Shown in pieces: positions 28,328 through 37,751 of a stretch of DNA of 64,000 nt (the first letter of the stretch is position 1; each line of letters begins with the position of its first letter). Made by a program: the position numbers and the translations under genes. Origin of the DNA: Acidobacteriota bacterium (GTDB lineage Bacteria > Acidobacteriota > Terriglobia > 20CM-2-55-15). The stretch is from positions 24,795-88,794 of the forward strand of contig JAJEEE010000077.1 in NCBI GenBank assembly GCA_022821145.1, in the 5' to 3' direction. The notes below the pieces were generated by a model. The model worked only from the letters and a program-made list of their open reading frames with translations, did not search any database and was not told where the DNA came from.

Positions 28328-28972
28328 TCACGGCTGATGGGCGCGGGCCGCCAGCACGCCGTGGACGCGGACCTCGACCTCCTCGACGGCGCCCAGCGCC
28401 GGCACCACGCGGAACCGGGCCGGATCGCGGCGGGCCAACTCGAGGTATCCGTCGCGGACGCGTTCGTAGAAGCCGAGGTCCTCGGATTCGAAGCGCCCTT
28501 CCTCGCGGGCCCGGGCGCGATTGCGCCGGCGGGCGCGTTCCAGGCCGGTCGCGGGGTCGATGTCGAGCAGAACGGTCAGCTCGGGCCGGAACTCGCGGCA
28601 CACCAGGTCGGTCAGCCGCTGGATGACGGCCTGCTCGATGCCGCGTCCGTAACCCTGATATGCGAAGGACGCGTCGAAGAACCGGTCGCAGATGACGGTG
28701 TCCCCGCGCTCGACGGCGGGGCGGATCTTCTCTTCGATGTTCTGGCTCCGGGACGCATAGAAAAGCAGAAGCTCCGCCTCGGCGGTCAGGTCGATCGTCC
28801 GCGAGTCGAGCAGCATGCGCCGCATGCTCTCGCCCAGGGCCGTGCCGCCGGGCTCCCGGGTGACGAGGACCGGGACGCCCTCGGCCCTCCATCGTTCGGC
28901 CAGCCGGGCGATCTGCGTGGTCTTGCCGGAACCCTCGATGCCCTCAAAGCTGACGAACCGCCCGCGTGTCAT
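28328..28972 (-). CDS. tmk: thymidylate kinase
   Basis: MTRGRFVSFEGIEGSGKTTQIARLAERWRAEGVPVLVTREPGGT is a canonical Tmk. Confidence 0.9.
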   Translation of the reverse strand: MTRGRFVSFEGIEGSGKTTQIARLAERWRAEGVPVLVTREPGGTALGESMRRMLLDSRTIDLTAEAELLLFYASRSQNIEEKIRPAVERGDTVICDRFFDASFAYQGYGRGIEQAVIQRLTDLVCREFRPELTVLLDIDPATGLERARRRNRARAREEGRFESEDLGFYERVRDGYLELARRDPARFRVVPALGAVEEVEVRVHGVLAARAHQP

Positions 28973-30134
28973 AGGCGGCGTATTGTACCAGACGCTCCGA
29001 GCCGGCCAGCGCCGCCTCGATCTCGCCGGACACGTCCAGTCCGGCCTCGATCGCCTCGATGCGGTCGATCGAAGCGCGCGTCTCGGGATGCCTGGGAACG
29101 AACAGGGAACAGCAGTCCTGGTCGGGCAGGATCGAAATGTCGTAGCTGCCGATCCTCCGCGCGATCGAGACGATTTCTTCCTTGTCGTTCCCGACCAGCG
29201 GGCGCAGGATCGGCATTCGGACGGCGCGGCTGATCACGTCGATGTTCTCCAGGGTCTGGGACGCCACCTGTCCGAGGCTGTCGCCGGTGACCAGGGCGCG
29301 CGCCCGTTCGCGTGCGGCGATTCTCTCGGCCAGGCGCATCATGTAGCGTCGATAGAGGATCACGCGGGTTTCGACGGGCGTTTCCACCAGGATGCGCCGC
29401 TGAATGTCGGCGAACGGCGTCATGTAGATCCGGGCCCGCTGCTGGTAGGACGCCAGAAGCGTCGCAACCTGGCGGGCCTTGTCCTGGGATTCCCGGTTGG
29501 TATGGGGAAAGCTGTGAAAATGAACGAAGACGGCCGTGCATCCCCGGCGCATCATCTTCCAGGCCGCGACCGGCGAGTCGATGCCTCCGGAGAGCAGCAC
29601 CGCGACCTTCCCGCCGGTATGGGACGGGAGACCGCCGGCTCCCGGGAGTCGTTCGGCCGAGACGATGGCCCGGCCTTCGACGAGCTCGATCCGGCACGTC
29701 GCCTCCGGGCGCGTCAGATCGACCCGGGCGCCGGATCGTTCCCCGACGTGCGCTCCGACCGTCCGGTTGACGTCGATCGAGGTCAGCGGAAAACGCTTGT
29801 CGGGCCGGCGGGTCTCGATCGCGAAGGACCGGAACCGAAGCGGCCGGAGCACCTCCCAGGCGGTGGACGAGAGGGTCTCCATGTCCCAATCGACTCCCCG
29901 TCCCTCGCCGAAATGCGCGATTCCGAAGAGCCGCCCCAGGCGCGCGCGCACCGCGTCGACGTCCGTGGACGGCGTCAACTCGAGCACGAAACGGCCCGAG
30001 ATGCGCCGGACGCGGCCCGCTTCGCATCCGGCCAAGGCCTCGTCGATGTTGCGGAGAAGGCGGTTCTCGAAGTAGTCCCGGTTCCCCTTCTTCAGCGCCA
30101 ACTCACTGTAGTGAATGACGATGAGGCGTTGCAT
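28944..30134 (-). CDS. thiI: tRNA 4-thiouridine(8) synthase (THUMP + PP-loop ATPase)
   Basis: KVAVLLSGGIDSPVAAWKMMRRGCTAVFVHFHSFPHT PP-loop. N-terminal THUMP region. Its 3' end overlaps the tmk start by 29 nt. Confidence 0.85.
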   Translation of the reverse strand: MQRLIVIHYSELALKKGNRDYFENRLLRNIDEALAGCEAGRVRRISGRFVLELTPSTDVDAVRARLGRLFGIAHFGEGRGVDWDMETLSSTAWEVLRPLRFRSFAIETRRPDKRFPLTSIDVNRTVGAHVGERSGARVDLTRPEATCRIELVEGRAIVSAERLPGAGGLPSHTGGKVAVLLSGGIDSPVAAWKMMRRGCTAVFVHFHSFPHTNRESQDKARQVATLLASYQQRARIYMTPFADIQRRILVETPVETRVILYRRYMMRLAERIAARERARALVTGDSLGQVASQTLENIDVISRAVRMPILRPLVGNDKEEIVSIARRIGSYDISILPDQDCCSLFVPRHPETRASIDRIEAIEAGLDVSGEIEAALAGSERLVQYAAYDTRAVRQL

Positions 30135-30258
30135 GCGTAGCCAATTATGCACCGGATGTGGTAACTAGGCTACGCTTGCGCCGCTCGTGGGTGCGGCCCG
30201 GCGTTGCCTATGGAAGCTCTCGACCCGAGCCCCGGCGTCTTTCCGATCGCGCGTGCGG

Positions 30259-30921
30259 ATGGGCGTCGCTGAGAACCTCCGGCGCGTCTCCGACCGGGTC
30301 GGGGAGGCGGCCGCGCGGGCGGGACGACGGCCCGAGTCCGTGCGGATCGTCGGCGTCACGAAGCGCGTCAACCTGGAGCGGATCCGGGAGGCCGTCGACT
30401 GCGGCCTGACCGATATCGGCGAGAACCGCGTCCAGGAGGCCGAAATCAAGATCCCGCGCCTGGACCGCGCCGGGGCGGCATGTCACCTGATCGGGCATCT
30501 TCAGTCGAACAAGGCCGGGAAAGCCGTCGGGCTCTTCTCCTGTATCCAGAGCGTCGACAGCGTCGCCCTCGCCGAGCGCCTGGACCGACTCGCCGGCGGC
30601 CCGGTCCGCGTTCTCGTCCAGATGAAGCTGGGCGACGAGGCGGCCAAGGCCGGCGTCTCGGAGGGCGGATTGGCCGACCTGGTCCGCGCCGTGCGCGCCA
30701 GCGCACATCTGCGCCTGGAAGGACTGATGGGCATTCCGCCGTTCTTCGACGACGTCGAACGCGTCCGGCCGTATTTCAGGCGGCTGCGCGAACGGGCGGA
30801 CGCGTTTTCGCTGGACACCGTGTCGATGGGCATGAGCCGCGACTTCGAAGTGGCGATCGAGGAGGGCGCCACGATGGTGCGCATCGGAACGCTGTTGTTC
30901 GGCGAACGGCGCGGGCGTTGA
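30259..30921 (+). CDS. yggS: YggS-family pyridoxal phosphate homeostasis protein
   Basis: MGVAENLRRVSDRVGEAAARAGRRPESVRIVGVTKRVNLERIREAVDCGLTDIGENRVQE matches the YggS/PLPBP N-terminus. The start is trimmed to an internal Met. Confidence 0.8.
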   Translation: MGVAENLRRVSDRVGEAAARAGRRPESVRIVGVTKRVNLERIREAVDCGLTDIGENRVQEAEIKIPRLDRAGAACHLIGHLQSNKAGKAVGLFSCIQSVDSVALAERLDRLAGGPVRVLVQMKLGDEAAKAGVSEGGLADLVRAVRASAHLRLEGLMGIPPFFDDVERVRPYFRRLRERADAFSLDTVSMGMSRDFEVAIEEGATMVRIGTLLFGERRGR

Positions 30922-31079
30922 ATCGCGCGCGGCCGCGGTTCGACGCCCGGGAGCGTCCCGCGGGCGGCCGAAAACAGTGGACACCGGAAACGCAAGACAG
31001 TAGGCTAGCTGCGACTCCGCAACGCGGTCCTGCGCGCAGGCCTCCCGAACGGCGGATCGTAGCCGTTTTCACCTGATCG

Positions 31080-31577
31080 ATGCCAACGAAGAACCCGACA
31101 AGAACCCGCGTTCGAGCCGTGCCCGACGACGACGCCGCGACGGAACGCCTGGAAGAAACACCCGCTGTCCAGTTCCGCGAGCCCATGGGAATGCCCATCG
31201 CGCTGGCGGTCTGCGCCGGCGGTTGGCTGCTTCCCGGTCTTTCGCACGTCGTCCTCGGGCGCTGGCGCCGCGGGCTGACCTTCACCGTGTGTATCCTGAC
31301 CATGTTCGTTCTGGGAATCGCCATGCAGGGACGGCTGTACACCGCCGCCCCGGACCCGACTCTGCCCGCGTTCGGCCTCCTTCTCCATTGGCTCGCCCTC
31401 GTCGCCGACGCCGGTGTCGGGATCCCGTATTTCGTGGCCGAGCGCATGGGTTACGGCGATGGCGTCCTGTCCAGCCCGAACTACGACTACGGCAGCGCGT
31501 ACCTGTGGGTCGCCGGCCTGCTGAACTACCTGATCGTTCTCGATGCCTTCGACATCAGCCAGGGGCGCAAGCCGTGA
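31080..31577 (+). CDS. hypothetical membrane protein
   Basis: 165 aa with 3-4 predicted TM helices (IALAVCAGGWLLPGL, LTFTVCILTMFVLGIAM, LLLHWLALVADAGVGIPYF, LWVAGLLNYLIVL). No family recognised. Confidence 0.45.
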   Translation: MPTKNPTRTRVRAVPDDDAATERLEETPAVQFREPMGMPIALAVCAGGWLLPGLSHVVLGRWRRGLTFTVCILTMFVLGIAMQGRLYTAAPDPTLPAFGLLLHWLALVADAGVGIPYFVAERMGYGDGVLSSPNYDYGSAYLWVAGLLNYLIVLDAFDISQGRKP

Positions 31578-31750
31578 CCCTGTCGCATTTCACCGCGCTC
31601 TTCGTGTTCGCGTTGATCGTCTCCGTGGTATTTGCATTGATCAACAAGTCCGAGCCGCGGGAACAGCTCCGGTACGGCGCGTGGGTGTTTCTTGCGTTTC
31701 TGGGCGTGGCGGTCGTCGTCGGGTGGATCATGTTCCCGTTTCCGTTCTGA
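31574..31750 (+). CDS. small hypothetical membrane protein (58 aa)
   Basis: GTG at 31574 overlaps the upstream stop as GTGA. Two hydrophobic helices (ALFVFALIVSVVFALI, WVFLAFLGVAVVVGWIMF). Confidence 0.35.
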   Translation: MTLSHFTALFVFALIVSVVFALINKSEPREQLRYGAWVFLAFLGVAVVVGWIMFPFPF

Positions 31751-31783
31751 TTTCGACGATCGCGCCGACCGTCGGCCCATGCT

Positions 31784-33283
31784 CTATGGACGGCCGCGGC
31801 TGAATCCGGCCAGCGCCGACGCGATGCGGTCGATGGCGGCCTCGGCGTCGGCCCCGGAGCCCTCGAAGTTGTTCACGATGACGGCGAACGCCAGCGCCTC
31901 GCCGTCGCGCGTCCGCACGTAGCCCGCCAGCGAGCGGATGTTCGACATCGAACCGGTCTTGGCCGTCAGGTTGTCGTCGGCCGGCGTTCCCTGGAGCCGC
32001 GACCGCAGGGTCCCGTCGCGCCCGGCCACCGGCAGCGCCCGCATCCAGGGCGATGTCCACGCGGGATCGTAAAAGCGTTCCAGGACGGCGACCAGGGCGT
32101 GCGCCGTGATCGTGTTGCGCCGCGACAGACCCGACCCGTCGACGATCTGATGGTGTCCACCGGGAATCCCCCAGGCGGCCAGCCGGTCGCGGACGGCGTC
32201 CAGGGCCGGATCGGAAGCGCGCGGCCCGTCCGCCCCGGTGGCCAACCAGAGGACGGTTTCGGCATAGAGATTCAAGCTTTCCTTCAACATCGGCGCCGCG
32301 ATGGCCGACAGGGGGGGAGACCGGTGCCGGTGGAGAACGGCCGTGGGCCCGGTCGCCCGGGCGGGGCCGGCGTCGTCGATGTCGACGGGCGGGCCGTCCA
32401 CGGCGACGCCCGCCTCGACCAGACGGCGGCGGAACACGGACGCGAACGCGAGCGTCGGATTGCCCGCCGAGACGGGGAACGTCAGCGGCGAACCGCCGGC
32501 CGGGACGGCGCCGACGATCCGGAGCCCATGACCGGCGGGCTCGAGCATGGGCCGGAGCTCGGGCGTCGAGCCCGGCCCCGCCGTGTCCACCTCGTTGGCG
32601 ACGGTCACGGCGTCGAGACCCTCGGCCGGGCTCAGTACGGCCGGGGTCCCGGGTAGCGGTCCGGGCGCGACGGTGACCCGCGCCCGGTTCTCGCCGACGT
32701 TGAGCGCCCCGGGAAGCGCGCCGTAGGCGTAGCCGAGGTCGTCCCACGCCCAGGCGAACCGCGGCCGCGGTTCCTCGGCGCCGTCGTCGTTTCCCACGAT
32801 CCGTCCCGACACGCGCGCGATTCCGCGTTCGCGGACGGACTCGATCCAGCCGGCGAAATCCCCGCCGCCCCGGCCCTCGATCGTCGGGTCGCCCGTTCCG
32901 TGCACGACGAGGTCGCCGTCGAGGACCCCGTCGACGACGACGCCGCGCGAGGTGAGCGTCGTGTCGAACGCGTGGTCCCATCCGACCGCCTCGGCGGCGG
33001 CGGCCACCGTGACGAGCTTCAACGCCGACGCCGGGACCATCAGCACGTCGGCGTTCCACTCCAGGAGGGTGTCGCCGCGCTCGAGGGACCGGACCGCAAC
33101 GCTCCAGGCGGCCCGCTCCACGCCCGTCGACCCCACGGCGGCGCGCGCGGCCTCGATCAGGGGACCGCCGGAACCGGATGGAAACGGCGCGGCCGGGCCC
33201 GTGCGCGCGCCCGCGCAGCCGCCAGCGACGGCGATGAGGCCCACGGCAACGGCGATGAACCGGCGTCTGGCGGTTTCGGTCAA
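31784..33283 (-). CDS. dacB: D-alanyl-D-alanine carboxypeptidase/endopeptidase (PBP4, peptidase S13)
   Basis: Lipoprotein-like signal (AVAGGCAGA). SALKLVT Ser-x-x-Lys motif. The C-terminal region matches the PBP4 family. Confidence 0.8.
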   Translation of the reverse strand: MTETARRRFIAVAVGLIAVAGGCAGARTGPAAPFPSGSGGPLIEAARAAVGSTGVERAAWSVAVRSLERGDTLLEWNADVLMVPASALKLVTVAAAAEAVGWDHAFDTTLTSRGVVVDGVLDGDLVVHGTGDPTIEGRGGGDFAGWIESVRERGIARVSGRIVGNDDGAEEPRPRFAWAWDDLGYAYGALPGALNVGENRARVTVAPGPLPGTPAVLSPAEGLDAVTVANEVDTAGPGSTPELRPMLEPAGHGLRIVGAVPAGGSPLTFPVSAGNPTLAFASVFRRRLVEAGVAVDGPPVDIDDAGPARATGPTAVLHRHRSPPLSAIAAPMLKESLNLYAETVLWLATGADGPRASDPALDAVRDRLAAWGIPGGHHQIVDGSGLSRRNTITAHALVAVLERFYDPAWTSPWMRALPVAGRDGTLRSRLQGTPADDNLTAKTGSMSNIRSLAGYVRTRDGEALAFAVIVNNFEGSGADAEAAIDRIASALAGFSRGRP

Positions 33284-34029
33284 TAGTGTTCCCGGATGGC
33301 CGCGACCAGGTCGGGCACGGTTGCGGTTTCGGCTTCGATGTCGACCGCCAGCCCGGCCCGCTCGGCCGCGCGGCGGGTCACGGGCCCGATCACGGCGATC
33401 GCGGCGCCCCGGAGACCTTCGGCGCCGCCGGCCATGGCGACCAGGTTCTCGGCGGTCGATCCGCTGGTCAGCGCGATGCAGTCGACGCGGCCGTCGGCGA
33501 GCAGTCCGCGGAGCTCGCGCTCTCCCCGCCGCGGCAGCCGGTTCCGGTACACGACGACGATATCGACCCGCGCTCCACGCGAACGCAGGGTTGTCGGAAG
33601 CGTTTCGTCGGCGACTTCCGCTCTGGGCATGAGCAACCGAACGCCCCCGAGCCGGGAAGGGAACGCCTCCAGCAACCCCTCGGCGCTGAAGGTTTCCGGA
33701 ACGAGGTCGGCGTCCACGCCCCGGCGGCCCAGCGCGCGCGCCGTCTGACGTCCGACGGCGGCCACGCGCGCGCCCGGAAGGGTTCGGGCGCGATCGAGGA
33801 AAGCGTCGACGGCGTTCGCGCTTGTGAACACGATCCAGTCGTAGGTCGCCAGGCGGCGGACGGCGTCGTCGACGGCCGCGAAATCGTCCGGCGGCACGAC
33901 CTCGATCATCGGTATGTGGACGACGACGGCGCCGAGCGCTTCCAGCCCGCGCCGCAGATCCTCGCCCTGGCCGCGCGCGCGCGTCACCAGGATGGTCCGT
34001 CCTTCCAGACGCCGGTCAGAATCCGCCAT
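33280..34029 (-). CDS. hemD: uroporphyrinogen-III synthase
   Basis: RTILVTRARGQGEDLRRGLEALGAVVVHIPMIEVVPP...WIVFTSANAV is the HemD fold pattern. Sits in the hemA-hemC-hemD order. Confidence 0.8.
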   Translation of the reverse strand: MADSDRRLEGRTILVTRARGQGEDLRRGLEALGAVVVHIPMIEVVPPDDFAAVDDAVRRLATYDWIVFTSANAVDAFLDRARTLPGARVAAVGRQTARALGRRGVDADLVPETFSAEGLLEAFPSRLGGVRLLMPRAEVADETLPTTLRSRGARVDIVVVYRNRLPRRGERELRGLLADGRVDCIALTSGSTAENLVAMAGGAEGLRGAAIAVIGPVTRRAAERAGLAVDIEAETATVPDLVAAIREHY

Positions 34030-34960
34030 TCGCGAGTTGTTGGAGAATCTCCGCGCCGCCGGACTCCCGGAGCCGTTGCCCCAGTCGGCGTCCCAGCGAC
34101 TCCGCGTCGGCGCGCGGCCCGTCGGCCGCGTCGGCGACGACGCGCGCGCCGTCGAGGCTGGCGATCAGCCCCCGCAGCCGGAGCCGGGCGCGATCGGTCA
34201 CCGCGTACGCGGCGATGGGAACGCGGCAACTGCCGTCGAGGCTGGCCATCAGGGCGCGCTCGGCGCGGGCGGCGGCGCGCGCGTCCGCGTCGTCGAGCTT
34301 GCCGAGCGCGTGCCGCACGGCCGCGTCGGAGGCCCGGCAGACGATGGCGAGCGCGCCTTGCCCGATAGCCGGCAGCATGATCTCCGGCCGAAGGAGCTCC
34401 GTGATGCGGCCGGCGTGTCCGAGGCGCCTCAGACCCGCGGCCGCGAGAACGATCCCGTCGTATTGGCCGTCGTCGAGCTTGTGAAGGCGCGTGTCGACGT
34501 TGCCGCGAAGCGCGGCGACCTCCACCTGCGGAAAGCGGGCGAGGATCTGGGCTCTTCGCCGCAGGCTGCTGGTGCCGATGCGGGCGCCCGGCGGCATGCG
34601 ATCCAGCGTCCGGCCGTCCGACACCAGCGCGTCGCGCGGGTCCTCGCGTTCGCAGACGGCCGCCAGCAGCAAACCGTCGGGAAGGTCGAAGGGCAGGTCC
34701 TTGAGGCTGTGGACCGCGGCGTCGATGCGGCCGTCCAGCAGGGCTTCGTCCAGCTCTTTGGTGAACAGGCCTTTCCCGCCCACCTCGGCCAGCGGCACGT
34801 CCGTGACACGGTCGCCCGTAGTCCGGATCGTCACGATCGCCGCGGCCATTCCCGCATCGCCCCGCTCGAGAGCGGAACGCGTCCATTCCGCCTGCCACAT
34901 CGCCAGCGCGCTGCCGCGCGTCCCCAGCCTCAGGGCGGACGGACTAGACGTCCCGGACAT
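34016..34960 (-). CDS. hemC: hydroxymethylbilane synthase (porphobilinogen deaminase)
   Basis: LRLGTRGSALAMWQAEW...IVTIRTTGD...VHSLKDLP is a canonical HemC. Confidence 0.9.
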   Translation of the reverse strand: MSGTSSPSALRLGTRGSALAMWQAEWTRSALERGDAGMAAAIVTIRTTGDRVTDVPLAEVGGKGLFTKELDEALLDGRIDAAVHSLKDLPFDLPDGLLLAAVCEREDPRDALVSDGRTLDRMPPGARIGTSSLRRRAQILARFPQVEVAALRGNVDTRLHKLDDGQYDGIVLAAAGLRRLGHAGRITELLRPEIMLPAIGQGALAIVCRASDAAVRHALGKLDDADARAAARAERALMASLDGSCRVPIAAYAVTDRARLRLRGLIASLDGARVVADAADGPRADAESLGRRLGQRLRESGGAEILQQLANGGF

Positions 34961-36200
34961 TGAAGATCTTGCGGATGAGGTCGATGTGCGGCTGGGAGTC
35001 CGGGCGCCGGGCCATTTCCTTGAGCTCGGAGATCGGTGAGTGCAGGATCTTTCGAATCATGGACCGGGTGAGCCGATCGAGCGCTTCGCGCTGCTCGGCG
35101 CTCAACGCTCCCAGGTCCCCGCCGTAGCGCTGGATCTCGTCGAGCCGCAGAACTTCCAGAGCCTGCTGCAGATCGACGATCGTCGGGACGACGTCGCGCG
35201 ACCGCAACCGCGACCAGAACGCCTCCACTTCGAGGTCGATGATCTCCTCGGCGCGCGCGGCCTCCGTCATGCGTTCGCCGAGGTTCTCGTCCACCACCTG
35301 CTGGAGGTCGTCGATGTCGTAGAGGAAGACGTTGTCGACGCCGTTGACGGCCGGCTCGATGTCGCGGGGCACGGCGATGTCGATGAAGAACATCGGGCGG
35401 TTCTTGCGGCGGCGGATGATCCGCTCGGCCAGGGTCCGGGTGATGACGAAGTGCGGCGCGCCGGTCGAGCTGATCACGATGTCGGCGCGGTCGACGTGGT
35501 CGTTCAGCCGATCGAACGGGATCGCCGCCCCCTCGAACGCGCGGGCCACGTCGACGGCGCGCTCGAAGGTGCGGTTCGTCACCATGACGCTCCGCACCCC
35601 GCTCCTCTTGAGATGCTTCGCGGCCAGCTCGCCCATCTTGCTCGCGCCGATGATCATCACGGTCTTGCCGGCCAGATCGCCGAAGATCTTCCGCGCCAGC
35701 TCGACGGCGGCGTAGCTGAGCGAAACCGCCGATCGCGCGATCGCCGTCTCGGTCCGGACCTTTTTCGCCACGGTGAACGCGCGTTTCATGACCGAGCCGA
35801 TGTGCGTTCCGGTGGTTCCGGCGTCTTCCGCCGCCCGGAACGCGTCCTTGATCTGACCCAGGATCTGCGGCTCGCCCACGATCATGGAGTCCAGGCTGGC
35901 CGCCACGCGAAAGACGTGCCGGATCACGTCGTGGTTCCGATAGCCGTACAGGTAGTCGTTGATCGAGTCGGCGGGCACCCGGTGATAGGAGCAGAGGAAC
36001 TCGCGGATGAGGTGCTCGTCGGTTCCTTCCGCCAGGACCTCGACGCGGTTGCACGTCGACAGGATCATCGCCTCGGACACGCCCTCGAAACCGGCCAGCG
36101 ACTTGAGCGCGTCGCCGAGGTCGCCATCCTCGAACGCGAGGCGTTCCCGCACCTCCACCGGTGCGGTCTTGTGACTCAAGCCGACGAGGGATAGCCGCAT
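34944..36200 (-). CDS. hemA: glutamyl-tRNA reductase
   Basis: MRLSLVGLSHKTAPVEVRERL...ILSTCNRVEVLAE is a canonical HemA with its catalytic Cys. Confidence 0.9.
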   Translation of the reverse strand: MRLSLVGLSHKTAPVEVRERLAFEDGDLGDALKSLAGFEGVSEAMILSTCNRVEVLAEGTDEHLIREFLCSYHRVPADSINDYLYGYRNHDVIRHVFRVAASLDSMIVGEPQILGQIKDAFRAAEDAGTTGTHIGSVMKRAFTVAKKVRTETAIARSAVSLSYAAVELARKIFGDLAGKTVMIIGASKMGELAAKHLKRSGVRSVMVTNRTFERAVDVARAFEGAAIPFDRLNDHVDRADIVISSTGAPHFVITRTLAERIIRRRKNRPMFFIDIAVPRDIEPAVNGVDNVFLYDIDDLQQVVDENLGERMTEAARAEEIIDLEVEAFWSRLRSRDVVPTIVDLQQALEVLRLDEIQRYGGDLGALSAEQREALDRLTRSMIRKILHSPISELKEMARRPDSQPHIDLIRKIFNVRDV

Positions 36201-36213
36201 GCCAACCGCGCGT

Positions 36214-37032
36214 TCACGGGGTGAACGAGTGGAACCCTCCGAAGTAGCCCGCTCCGAGGAACGACGCCAGCACGCACACGAAGCCGGCGATCGCCAGGTA
36301 CGCGGCCCGCTTGCCGCGCCATCCGTTGATCAGCCGGCTGTAGATCAGGAGCAGGTAGATGAACCAGGTCAGAAGCGAAAGGACGACCGTGAGGTCCGAG
36401 CCCCAGAATGTTCCGAGTTCCGCCTGGGCCCAGAGCGCTCCGGACACGATGCCGAGCGTGATCAGCGGAAAACCGATCGCCAGCGAACGGTAGGCCAGGT
36501 CGTCGCACACCTCGAGGGCGGGCAGCCGACGGTAGAAACCGGTAAGGTGCTTCGATTTCAGCCCGTGCTCCTGCATCAGGTACATGATCGACCCCGCGAA
36601 GCTGACCGGCAGAGCGGCGTATCCCAGGAATATCAGCGGCAGATGGACATAGATCCATCCGCTGGCGATCGCGGCGGGGACCGAGCTCGTCGAAGCGTGA
36701 CGCCCCATGTACGCGATGAAGGTCAGCAGAAAGACCACGGGAAAGACGAAAACGCTGAGCGAGGCGATGCGGTAGCGCGCGTATGCGATCAGGTAGCCCA
36801 GCGCCGCCAGAGCGGCCAGGTACGAAAAGGACGCGTAGCCATCGGTCAGCGGCGTCAGAACGGGTTCGCCGGCGTCGAGCGCGATGGCGGCGGCATGACA
36901 TATCCACCCCGCGACAACGGCCGCGAGACTCACCCGGAACAACGTGTATCGGCTGCTGAGAACCGTGACGACGGAGTGGACTAAACCTATGGAATACAAG
37001 GATAAAGCCACTCTCAGGAGCACGATGTCCAT
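36214..37032 (-). CDS. cytochrome c assembly protein (CcsA/HemX-like, ResC family)
   Basis: 8-TM protein with a tryptophan-rich segment (GALWAQAELGTFWGSDLTVV...WFIYLL). Sits just upstream of hemA, as for ccsA-like hemX genes. Confidence 0.75.
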   Translation of the reverse strand: MDIVLLRVALSLYSIGLVHSVVTVLSSRYTLFRVSLAAVVAGWICHAAAIALDAGEPVLTPLTDGYASFSYLAALAALGYLIAYARYRIASLSVFVFPVVFLLTFIAYMGRHASTSSVPAAIASGWIYVHLPLIFLGYAALPVSFAGSIMYLMQEHGLKSKHLTGFYRRLPALEVCDDLAYRSLAIGFPLITLGIVSGALWAQAELGTFWGSDLTVVLSLLTWFIYLLLIYSRLINGWRGKRAAYLAIAGFVCVLASFLGAGYFGGFHSFTP

Positions 37033-37059
37033 GGTCGGGTTATGCTAGCATAACGTGGC

Positions 37060-37743
37060 ATGAACATCGATTGGACGACGCTGGTCTCGCAGTTGGCCGT
37101 CCTGCTGTTTTCCCTGAGCATCCATGAATCCGCCCATGCCTGGACGTCGAACCGACTCGGCGATCCGACGGCGCGGAATCTCGGCCGCATATCGTTGAAC
37201 CCCATCGTCCACGCGGATCTCTTCGGGACCGTCGTCGTCCCTCTCCTCGGCTTCTTCACGGGATTCATCGTCGGTTGGGCGAAGCCCGTCCCCGTCAACG
37301 TCGCGGCCCTTCGGAAACCCAGGCGCGACCACATGCTCGTCGCCGCGGCCGGGCCCGCCAGCAACCTGGCGATCGCGGCCGTCCTGTTCCTGTTCCTGTT
37401 CACGCTGAAGAACACGTCGGCGTCGATGGAGCTGGCCGTGAACCAGGCCGTGCGAGGTTTCGGCGGGGGCGACGGGGCCGCCGCCGTCCTGCTTCCCGTT
37501 CTATCGATGGTCTATTTCGGCGTCTGGATCAATCTGCTGCTGGCCATATTCAACCTGATCCCGGTGGCGCCCCTGGACGGCGCCGCGGTGTTGTCCGGAC
37601 TTCTTCCCGCGCCGATGGCGCGCGCCTTCGACGCGCTCCAGGGCTACGGGGTCCTCGTTCTGATCGCCCTGCTGTACTACGGCGTTCCCGGCGACCTGTT
37701 CTTTCCCGTCGTCGACAGGGTGCGGTCGTTCCTGGTGCTGTGA
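37060..37743 (+). CDS. site-2 protease family protein (M50 metallopeptidase, no PDZ)
   Basis: HESAHAW HExxH motif within TM helices. Short 227-aa form (SpoIVFB/Sll0528-like). Confidence 0.75.
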   Translation: MNIDWTTLVSQLAVLLFSLSIHESAHAWTSNRLGDPTARNLGRISLNPIVHADLFGTVVVPLLGFFTGFIVGWAKPVPVNVAALRKPRRDHMLVAAAGPASNLAIAAVLFLFLFTLKNTSASMELAVNQAVRGFGGGDGAAAVLLPVLSMVYFGVWINLLLAIFNLIPVAPLDGAAVLSGLLPAPMARAFDALQGYGVLVLIALLYYGVPGDLFFPVVDRVRSFLVL

Positions 37744-37751
37744 CCCGCGGC

